From Octopus sinensis (lineage: Eukaryota): 64,000 bases of DNA. Within the stretch, counting starts at the first letter, position 1. The number at the start of each line of letters is the position of its first letter. This document shows positions 53,701 to 64,000 of the stretch, piece by piece. Both the position numbers and the translations under genes were made by a program. The stretch spans positions 184,574,001-184,638,000 of the forward strand of contig NC_042997.1 of assembly GCF_006345805.1 (NCBI RefSeq). Reading direction: 5' to 3'. The notes beneath the pieces were generated by a model. It saw nothing but the letters and a program-made list of their open reading frames with translations. It was not told the origin of the DNA and made no database searches.

Positions 53701-55097
53701 CGAAGCTTAAATTATAAGAGGATAATGCTCAATGGAATAATTTCGCCTAAGTCAGAAGCTTATTTCCGTCATATTGTAAAAATGTGTAATACACAGTTTG
53801 CTTAAACTTTGGTTCAAATATCGTGTTCATCATATGAACGATTACAAGTATGAAGCTCCATGGATGTAGCCCAACATATAAACAAGACACACACTGAGAG
53901 TAATTACGAGGAAATAAACGGTTAACATAAAAAACACGGTCTCCATGACATTTTCTAATTTCAGGATACTCAGAGACTTGAGCAAAAATAGTGTGTCGGC
54001 TTGTATCTTGGCCAAGATATCAGATATCAAGAATCAATGAAGCTCCTAAAAGATACCAGATAATCGTTTTGGACAAATCTATAATGAGAAACCTGAATCG
54101 ATTTGATAACACTTTGAACGAGTTACAATCTTGAAACTGTTTATGTACATGACTGTCTGTATTTTTGGAAGTAAGATGTCTAGTCCACTTACAAATTTTT
54201 TTTTACATTTTGAGGCGTAGACATATATTTCTGGTATTGATGTCATCATGTATCCAACTCCCATAAACAAAGTGTTTCAAACAACGCTGTAACTGACGTC
54301 GAGCGTCTTTCCAACGGGCAACATTACAAACTGTAAAAGAATAGTATAGAGTTATACCCAAAATTACACTCATGTAAGAGAGGTGCTCTTTTGGCTAAGA
54401 ACACTTCAGCTTGCCATATCAATTGACTACTCACATGGAAAGGGGGCTTTAACAGTTATTGGACTGCACCTTAGGGATCCTGTTTGCTAGTAATCAATTG
54501 CTTTGTAGTATTCCAAAGAGTAGAAACCTGCTGTGATCTCTTGTTCGTGGCCCTGCTGGTAAGATAAAAACGCAATGTGCATCCTAAGCTACTGGTCTAA
54601 CGCTGTTCTGAATTTCCAAAGCTATGTTAGTTACAGATGTCATATCATTTAAGCTGGGGGTAGTCGCAGCTCAATATATATTTTCTCTATCGTTTGCTGC
54701 TGGCAAGATACATTTCAATGTGCGAATTTCCTCCAGGTTCTCAGAATTCCTCATGATATAAGAATGATTTATTTTAGTTTCGGGTGAACCTCCCGACATT
54801 CTGGTTGCAACTCATTTTTCAGTTATTTCAAGAATTAACGTGTTTATTCAATAAAACGAAATACTGTGCTCAATAGTAGTTTCAAAGGAAATAAATGTGT
54901 TTCATTTAATCAAATAAACTACGAAATATACCATAATATTGCATGTGTATTTGTAATACTGTACATTAGACACTGGGATTATATAAAAGCAGGGAAAAAC
55001 AATTTCATCTAAGAGATGAAAAGACACACATCCAGTAGTGTCCTATTAAACTTCTATAGTTATTTTTTTTCTGTTCGAAGAATAGAGGGTAATTTCT

Positions 55098-55132
<35 letters not shown>

Positions 55133-55448
55133 CTGTGTGTGTGTGCTTGTACGTATGAATGTATACTCACACGGACACACATATATATCACATAGATAAG
55201 ATTTACACTGAACTGGAAAATGGTCAAAATATCTTCACGTATACTTTAATAAGACGGTAGCTTACCTTTCCCAGACTAACACGCAATCAACTGGTTATAC
55301 TGTTATTGATTTCTGAAGTCTCTCGCTGTTTTCTCATTACATAGAATTGTATTCGAATATTATATCAGTAGGTGAGGTTTGTTGCTTCTTGCATTTAAAT
55401 AGGACGAGATATATAGACATCACCTTTTACCCTATACCAGCACAAATG

Positions 55449-55480
<32 letters not shown>

Positions 55481-56296
55481 CATAGATGCATGAAAGTTCA
55501 CACAAATACACACTCATGAACAAACACGCGGTCACGAAAATACTCATACACACGAACATGCACAAACATATATCTAAATAGACTGAAGGCTGGATTGATG
55601 TACATCGCACAAACACACGAAGAAAAAAATGCTGCTGATTGCATGAATATATTTAGATGTTTTTATCATGATATGTATGAGTGTACCTATGCATGTCTTT
55701 TGATGTATATGTACTCATGACATACGGGTTAACACGCACACACACACACATACATAAATACATATATCTTGTTATCTGTATACTGTAACATATCTGTGTG
55801 GTTGAAACTTCAAAAAGTTGCATATGCGTTCCATTATATCTTGTTTCTAAGGTGATTTACCGTTTGTAATAAAATCATAAACTTGATAAATAAACATAAA
55901 TATATAGAGACGTATGCATATATGTATTTCCAGGTACACATACTCATATGAACATATATATAATTTAAATAATGAGGGAGATATCTTGAATATTAATTTA
56001 ATTAATATCAATTTAAATCCAGTAGCCTAGCGTATAAAAAAGCTGAAAAATCAGAAATAATTTCAATACATGTGTACATTTAAGGATAAACCACTAGGTG
56101 GATAACCATATGCTAGAAGATCACATGCGATCTAACTACAAAGAAAAAATGTTCTCCAGAGAAAATTCAGCGAACACCAGCGAACATCAGCGGGCAAGAC
56201 AGATGAAAATTAAATAAAAATCAAGAATTTAAGAACTCTTGATTTTTATCTAGTGGTTTCTCTAAACTAAACACACACACACACACACACACACAC

Positions 56297-56344
<48 letters not shown>

Positions 56345-56427
56345 AATGAGGATAAAATTTCTTTCGAAAAAATTTTATCAATGGCCAGCATATTAAGTAA
56401 GTATCTCATTCATTTCTTTTGCCACAT

Positions 56428-56482
56428 GTATCACTGACGAAGAGAGGGCTATTAGTAGCTAACTCTGAAATCGGTCCGATAT
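56428..56482 (+). ncRNA. Hammerhead-like motif with extended stem II
   Basis: GTATCA-CTGACGA-AGAG-ag-GGCTA-ttag-TAGCT-aa-CTCT-GAAA-TCG-GTC-CGATAT: core intact; stem I closing pair mismatched (A/C). Confidence 0.55.
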
Positions 56483-58597
56483 GGTAATTATGGAATTTTT
56501 TAGAAATGTCTGTCGACCTTTTTTCGAGTAGCGTGCGTATTGTGAAAAAAGTATATGGTTAATGGACAATATGTCCAATTTTTCGGCATATTTGGCATTA
56601 GAAATTTTTTCCTTTGCCCTCATTTATGAATTATATATATATATGCACGCTTACATTTATTCCTAAAATACTACAAAGTGCTTATGCCTTACGTGAAATA
56701 TAGGGTAAAACATTTTAATATCCATTTATTTAGATTATTTGGCCCTGCTGTAACAGATTTTAAGAATGTTTTCACATCTTTTTATACTCCCGTAGGCAAG
56801 AAAAAGCTCTATTTAACTAGTTTCTGTTGTTGTAAAATCTTCGTCAGGGAAAGATAACTCATGCTCTGTGTAGTAGATGTTAGTTATTTACAGTCAGTAC
56901 AAACTTTGTCAGAGTGAAACTGTTCTATCCAATATCTACAACGGTGAATTTCTGGCAACGCGTGTATAATTACTTACTAGTGCATTACACAACATGTTTT
57001 AATAGCTTTAAATGCCAGGTATACATTTTAAATAGCTATGCAATTGAACTTCGCTGGAAAAAGTTAACTGAGTGTATACACCAGAGATTTTTTTCCTTCC
57101 GGCAGTACAGCGATCAATCTGATTACAATCTCATCTTTTTTAAATCTTCTGTAGAGAACACGCTGTTATGAAGATTAAGAAGACCAGTGCGAGTTTGTAA
57201 ACACTAGAAGTATCTATAAGCTACTAATGTCTGTAGAGAAGCGGAGATACAAGTAGTGAAACACCTTAGATTAATTTTCTGAGAGCGGATGAAATGTTCG
57301 ATTATCTCTTTGTGTCTCTGTCATTTCTTCCATGCTGTCACTCCCATTCTGTTATATATTTAAATAATATATTAATATAATATATATATACATATATGTA
57401 TATATGTGTGTGTGTGTATGTGTGTGTGTGTGCGTGTGTGTGTGTAAATTCATATTTGTATATACAGGGAAAGATTTTCTTTTAAATATGTTATATTGAA
57501 AGCGTAACACTGTTCTAGTTTCTTAACGAATTGTTGTATCTGTCTATCAGATATTTATAGCTCGTTTAGAAAAAATGTAGTTCGTTTCCAGGCTATCTCA
57601 GCTTCATATCCAGGATATAGAGCTGTTTTGGTTTTAGTGCTGTCCCTTCTGTGGAGGGTGCCTTGTAATTTTTAAGATTCTCTCCGTCAGAAATGGACCG
57701 TTATACAGCGTTACCGTTCCACGTCATCAAATTATCACTTGTAACGTGAGTATTCTGTATATATTTTAGCCTTGTGTCGCAATATTAGTATACTTGCATA
57801 ATTATTATAAATATCGATGATAAATTTCAATACTGAGATAGAGGAGAATACATTGAGAATAGATATCTTTAAAGAAAACAACACTGAAATGCATTGAAAA
57901 TAGATATAAAAGAAAACAAGATACACAATTAGAAACTCAAGACGTTTGTGATTGAAAGCATAATGACCACATCAAAATATATGTAAGTGAGGAAAGCAAT
58001 ATGTTTGCAATCATAGCTAGAGATGAATAATTGGCTCTCTGTCGTAAGCGACAGAGTGTCAGTTATTCAACAAAACAGCCTGAGCACTCCACAGACACGC
58101 ATACCTTTAACGTAGTTCTCGGGGAGATTCAGCGTAACACCCGTTTCATGTCAGGTTTGAATGTGTAGAATATGTGTAGCTTTACATAAAGTAGTAGGAT
58201 ATTAACTTTCCCAGAACAACTGAATCATTGAGAAACACAATTATCTCCATGGAAAGAGACCTTTCATCTGCACATGATGAAAAGTGTATGGAGAGTGTGT
58301 GGTGTAACATTTACTACTCGAGAAAAGGGACACAATATAAATCAGACGCCTTGTTCCGACGTGAGAAAAAGTAGAAAAAGTACATCACGGTTCCATGCAT
58401 CTAGAAGGAATTTAACCTAATTCCTACCTGCACAGATCATTGCTCTTTCTAACTGAGATCTCATAGTTTTAGACCCGTAAATTGTAGTATCTTGTGATCA
58501 GAAAGCCTGAAAGCTTGGCAAGAACTTCGTGTGCCAGTGACAATAAGACGCATTTTAAAGTTTTTAAATGCCAGTGACATTTAGAAGCATTTTAAAG

Positions 58598-58827
58598 GCG
58601 GTGAGCTGGCAGAATCGCTAGCTCGCCGGGCGAAATGCGTAGAGGTATTTCGTCTGCCGCTACGTTCTGGGTTCAAATTCCACCGAGGTCGACTTTGCTT
58701 TTCATCCTTTCGGAGTCGATAAATTAAGTACCAGTCGCGCACTGGGGTCGATGTAATCGACATAATCCTTTTGTCTGTCCTTGTTCGTTCCCTCTATGTT
58801 TAGCCCCTTGTGGGCAATAAAGAACTA
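58598..58827 (+). mobile_element. SINE family B with 15-bp TSD
   Basis: TSD AGAAGCATTTTAAAG at 58583-58597 and 58828-58842. Confidence 0.92.
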
Positions 58828-59463
58828 AGAAGCATTTTAAAGTTTCAAAATCATTTCTATATTGTAGATATATGTATATGATAATGGAAGTATAGGGTGA
58901 GAAAACCAACCAACTTCGAATAGTATAGCGTAACTATCTTAGGGAATTTTATACCTTTGTAAAGCTGCAGCAACAAAGGGACATACTAGTACTACCAATG
59001 ACAAAAATAAACTCACAAAATGAAAATCAGCCACGGCAACTACATTATCAAAAACAAAAAAAAAAACACAAAAAAACAACAGCGAAAAACAAACTGCTAA
59101 AGCATAAGTTTTTCGGCATCTACAAACGTCTTGGTGCTTCTCCTCTACTAAGCAACAATAAACATGAAATCCCTACGAAGCTGATGTTCTCTTTACCTTA
59201 TTCGAACACATCGTTCAGCAACAAAGTTGCACCACTAAAGGGCATGGTCATGGGTCCTTGCATTGAAGAAAAAGTAATGATATAAAAGCCCGAAAGTTTG
59301 GCAGGCCCTAGGGCACAAATGTGTGACTTGTGCTTGAAAGTAAAATACCAGTTGGATGCATGAACGAAAAATAAAACACAATAACAAACACAAGCAACAA
59401 TATAAGTAGCAACAATAAGAGTAACACATGTGACAGTAATAACTAAGTCAACAGCAGCTGCAG

Positions 59464-59660
59464 TGGAGGCGCAGAGGCCCAGTAGTTAGGGCAGCGGACT
59501 CGCGGCCGAAAGAACGCGGGTTCCATCCCCAGACCGGGCATTGTGAGTGTTTATTGAGCAAAAACACCTAAGCCCCACGAATTACCGGCGGGGGGAGGGT
59601 GGTGAACCCCGCTGTACTCTTTCACCACAATTTTCTCTCACTCTTTCTTCCTACTTCTGC
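59464..59660 (+). mobile_element. SINE family A, 5' part
   Basis: GGAGGCGCAGAGGCCCAGTAGTTAGGGCAGCGGACTCGCGG.. homologous to 22587 and 32790. Confidence 0.8.
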
Positions 59661-59922
59661 CACAAAGCAGAGGAACCATGGTGTAACCCACTATGGTGTG
59701 GTAAACTTTCAGACCCTAGTCTAGCTTGCGAATCCTCTGTACCCCAGTATGGTTCACCTCTCCACCCGTTAAAAGCCGCCGTTTTGCGGAATGAGGATAA
59801 CAACGTAGCTTTCGCGCCCGTGCAACCGCCAGTTTATCAAGTTGCTACATGCATTCTTAGTAGCTTAGAGTAGGTTCGAATCAGATATTATTCTTTGTGG
59901 CTAATGGCGTGAGTCCTGATCG

Positions 59923-60250
59923 GAAGAAGAAGGAGGAGGAGGAGAAGAAGAAGAAGAAGAAGAAGAAGAAGAAGAAGAAGAAGAAGAAGAAGAAGAAGAA
60001 GAAGAAGAAGAAGAAGAAGAAGAAGAAGAAGAAGAAGAAGAAGAAGAAGAAGAAGAAGACGAAGAAGAAGAAGAAGAAGAACGAAGAAGAAGAAGAAGAA
60101 GAGAAGAAGAAGAAGAAGAACGAAGAAGAAGAAGAAGAAGAAGAAGAAGAAGACGAAGAAGAAGAAGAAGAAGAAGAAGGAAGAAGAAGAAGAAGAAGAA
60201 GAAGAAGAAGAAGACGAAGAAGAAGACGAAGAAGAAGAAGAAGAAGAAGA
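59923..60250. repeat. (GAA)n purine tract, about 330 bp
   Basis: Direct reading; occasional GAC/GGA/AAC interruptions. Confidence 0.97.
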
Positions 60251-60639
60251 CAGCAGCTACATTAACAATAATAACTAGGAACATTCATGAACATTCCGCT
60301 GATCGTAGGAGCAACACATTTTGGACATATACAAACTGATAGGGAAAAAAATGGAAACACTCAACTAACAATCAAATAATGAGAATACATCAGTTGTAAC
60401 AATAAGGGAGGAACCCACATTAGCTGTCGGTCAGTTTAAAGTTACCCCAACATTTAAAATGTTTGAAATTTTGTAAAGAAAACCCAAAATACTGTCACTG
60501 CAAATCATGTGTGGTGTTCTCCTATTTCATATAGAGGAACATATAGAGAGGGAAGCATGACTGCACAGACTGTCTGGAAGCAAGGTCACTATCTGAATGA
60601 TATGAAGTCATTTGAATGTGTCTTCGAGCCGCACACATT

Positions 60640-61000
60640 CTCATTCTTAACTATGGTGTCTACACTTCTTGTGGTTGGACAGGATCGACTGGAATAGTAG
60701 CACTGTTTGGGTACGTCAAAGTTGAAGGAAAGACAATGCTTCTGGATTTGGATGGACAGCGATAGTCCAAGGCGTGTTTAAGATCAATGGCACTAACTTG
60801 GTATTGGTGAGAGTTAATAATTTGACTCCAGTCTGATGACCAGACTACTTCATGTTTCAAAAATTCTGTATGAATAACTAGTCCTTTGCTGTTATTTTGT
60901 GAGTGGGCTGATACTATAGACGTATTTTGGGATCATGTGTGAGAAGCTGATTGGTTAAAAGACAGCAGATCTTGCTGGTTTTGTATTGATATAAGGCATT
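60640..61000 (-). mobile_element. Possible degenerate Gypsy-type LTR retrotransposon RT fragment
   Basis: ..SKGLVIH..QVSAIDLKHA/WTIAVHP.SRSI..FNFD resembles S.IDLK.AFW.I.V...SR...F; needs frameshifts. Confidence 0.4.
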
Positions 61001-62323
61001 TTACTGCATTACGATCTGGGGGATAGGGACAATTCAATGCGGCTAGCTACACAAATCAGAAATATGTGATTTCTAGAAAACGTCTAGACTCAGTAATTGA
61101 AAATAAATGTGTTATTCTCAGCAGTGAAAAATCACCTGAGACCACATAGTGAGCTAGTTAAACGAGATAAACTGATGAGGAATCGTCGACAACACGTAGT
61201 GGATAACATAAATAAATAAGTTTTAGTAAAAACTTAATGTTAAAGAACAATAGCCAGAAGGAAACCCAATAGGTAAACTTGAATATGCTATTAAGACAGT
61301 CATTCCTTACGAAGTGAAAGCAAGAGGTGGTACCTCAATAATTTCTACGATATGAAATAGAAAGAATTTACTGTTCCAGCTCACAGGTGTACATATAGAT
61401 TTCAGGAAAATAATTTGATGATCTGGGGTGTCAAAGATGCACCTTTACAATTTAGACAAATTCCGATCTCTGATGGAGCGCAATTGCAACAGGAAAAGTT
61501 GGACCTGTTGAAGGAAAATCTACTTATGCTCCGACACAAATGCCGTGTCAGCACAGGCAAAGGATGCCACATTTAGGACGTGAAAACTGCTTGGATTATA
61601 TGTAGAACAAATGCTACAGAGCCAACTTTGATGTATTTAGTGAAACATAAGAAAAGAGTGAAACTAGGAAAAGAGTGATTGTTTAGCGATAGCCAGCGGA
61701 TGTATTTATCGTTCATGTTGCGAATCAGAGGATTCCGTTTATAGACTTAGACATTATATATCGTAGCAAGTTAATGCATAAATGCGTACATGTGTGGTGA
61801 GTGTATGTATGTCTGTGTTTTGGCAGGGTTTTGACATTGAAGTCTGGATACTACGCTGAGGAGTTTTGTCGATTTCCGTGTTGTTTTATTGGCTGATCGT
61901 AATAATTAGAACATACACGAGTATGACGACCGAAATGCTAGATATAGTGAGTAAACAGGAAATATATGACGTTCATTACATCGCCAAACATGTTTAGAGC
62001 ATCTTGGCATCTTGTTGACAGTAGCATTATTAATATTTTTGTTGCTACTAGTAGATAATGTTTTAACATTAATCACAAATATAAATACAAACATTGGAAA
62101 AACGAAAGAAATTATATATACGTGTGTGTGTGTGTGTGTGTATGTGTGTGTGTGAGCATATCTGTATATAAGTGTGTGTGGATGTGTGAATGTGTTTGCA
62201 TTTCTTTGTATGTATATGTATATATAAAGTTTATAGGTTAAAGGAAAAAAATCTAAATGATAATGCACATAAAACAACATAAAACATCAACAAAAAGGGC
62301 AAACACACGCAAAAACTATATAT

Positions 62324-62388
<65 letters not shown>

Positions 62389-62844
62389 TATATATATATA
62401 TAATATATATATATATATATAATATATAAGAAAATATAAAACAAACACATTTTCGAGTCAGGGAAGAAATCAAACTCTCTCTCCTCGCTCCTCGGTATCG
62501 CATCACATCCCATCCCACCTCGTGATTTGAGTAACCGAATATGGAGAAAATGGAAAAACGAAGACATTTTCAAAAATGAAAATAAAGAGTAAATAAGAAA
62601 AAAAAAAAATGCGGAAAATGAAACAACAACAACAACAATGCAAATAACAGAATTTTTGCAATTTTAGATGTTTGCTTTATCCTTGTTACAATCACGTGCT
62701 TTTTCTTGTGGCCGTAAGGGAGATATATAATTGCATTTTGGAAATTTCTAGAATGTTAGAAAAACAAGAATCTGTTCGTATTATTGATTGATAACAACTG
62801 AAGCAAGAGAAAGGGTTACGTGTAGAATAAAAGAGTGTTATCGA

Positions 62845-63010
62845 TTGGTTCGCCTTCATATGTATGTATGTATGCATGTACGTACGTACGTACGTACGTA
62901 TGCATATATGTATGTACGTACGTTCGTATGCATGCATATATGTATGTACGTACGTACGTATGTATATATGTGTATATATTTACATGACTATGCTTGTATG
63001 CGTTCACGTT

Positions 63011-63051
<41 letters not shown>

Positions 63052-63080
63052 GCATATACATGTAAATTGTATGTTTGCAA
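62845..63080. repeat. Compound (TATG)n/(TACG)n/(TA)n microsatellite
   Basis: Direct reading. Confidence 0.9.
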
Positions 63081-63403
63081 GTATGTATAATTCATAAAGA
63101 CTGTGCACGGTGTATATGAAAAAATATATATGCGTTTAATATCAATGTATCTATACATACATGCATATATGTATATATCGAAAGCTAGCTAGACAAACAT
63201 TCGTGTGTATGAGTATAATGTTGATTGTTTTTATGTACATAATGATTGTATTGTATATTTATATGTAAATACAATTAAGTTTGAGAACCTCATCTCTCCA
63301 ACTCTCTTCTCTCTTTTCACTGTCATCCTTTTTCCTAATTCATCTCTTATGCCTTCCCTCTATATCTCAGTATTATCTCTTCCTTCTGTTTCTATGTGTG
63401 TAA

Positions 63404-63440
<37 letters not shown>

Positions 63441-63592
63441 AGTGCATAAATAGAAACATAAATGCCTAACATGAATGTGTATATTTGTGCGTAGTGTATA
63501 TTCGTTTGTGTATGAATGAACACTTTGTGCAACACACACGTATAATCACACACTCGCACACACATGTATTTTGTGTGTGTGTGTGTGTGTGT

Positions 63593-63783
63593 GCATGAAG
63601 GCACAGGCGGGCCTAGCTCTGTGCTAAGAGTTGTTCTTCCCAACCCCATGGTTTTGAGTTCAGTCCTACTTCGCGCGCCAAGTTGGGTAAGTGTTATCTA
63701 CTATACACTCTGACTGAGCACAGCCTTGTAAGAACATTTGGAAGTCGGAAAGTGACAAAAGACAGTCACCAGTTATACACACA

Positions 63784-63790
<7 letters not shown>
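63593..63790 (+). mobile_element. SINE family C, old diverged 5' half
   Basis: CTTCCCAACCCCATGGTTTTGAGTTCAGTCC..GGGTAAGTGTTATCTACTATA resembles the family C head. Confidence 0.6.
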
Positions 63791-63828
<38 letters not shown>

Positions 63829-64000
63829 ACACACACATATATATATTATATATATATATAAAGTTAATCCAAACATGACAACACAAAGAGAAAACACAAC
63901 AACGCGAGGACATGGAACAAATATAGTATTATTGGACACTTAAGAAGGAAGGGAAGACGGAGGAAAAAAATCGCCAACGGTACACACGCGGTCACATTTT

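Noticed and set aside
53980-54260. Faint resemblance to Mab-21/cGAS-like C-terminal motifs (TSYFQK..TVMY; THYF)
   Set aside because: Needs arbitrary frame-hopping; too few residues.
59150-59460. Possible further ORF1 knuckle (..GPRAQMCDLCLKVKYQLDA..) with low-complexity tail
   Set aside because: No His or final Cys and no other ORF1 motifs.
59897-60284. Poly-Lys/Glu/Arg and poly-Phe/Leu/Ser ORFs
   Set aside because: Translation of the (GAA)n tract.
61320-61600. About 70-codon open frame on + (EFTVPAHRCTY..KDAPLQFRQIP..) near the Gypsy-like fragment
   Set aside because: Opposite strand to the putative RT and no diagnostic motif.

Overview
AT-rich, microsatellite-dense eukaryotic DNA. I found no supportable host gene exon, rRNA, true tRNA gene or CRISPR array. 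The SINE families look like those I recall from octopus (coleoid cephalopod) genomes, so the organism call is an inference. Almost all recognisable content is mobile DNA. It includes a young-looking, 5'-truncated Tx1/L1-clade LINE (43869-48381; APE + RT + CCHC, broken by frameshifts) between two (TATC)n tracts and a TSD-flanked ORF1-only element resembling HAL1 (36716-38204). It also includes further ORF1 relics; RTE, R4/Dong-like and HERO-like LINE relics; Penelope-like fragments with hammerhead-ribozyme motifs (two in a perfect 152-bp-arm palindrome); Chapaev-like and mariner transposase relics; a MITE; and about 25 SINE copies from four families. The strongest candidate for an undescribed system is a Tx1 LINE, a SINE family and possibly the ORF1-only element that share a 3' terminus with a stem-loop. 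An orphan ORF in a diverged inverted duplication (27.8-28.4 kb) remains unexplained. All alignments and translations were done by eye; family names are from memory, not database searches.
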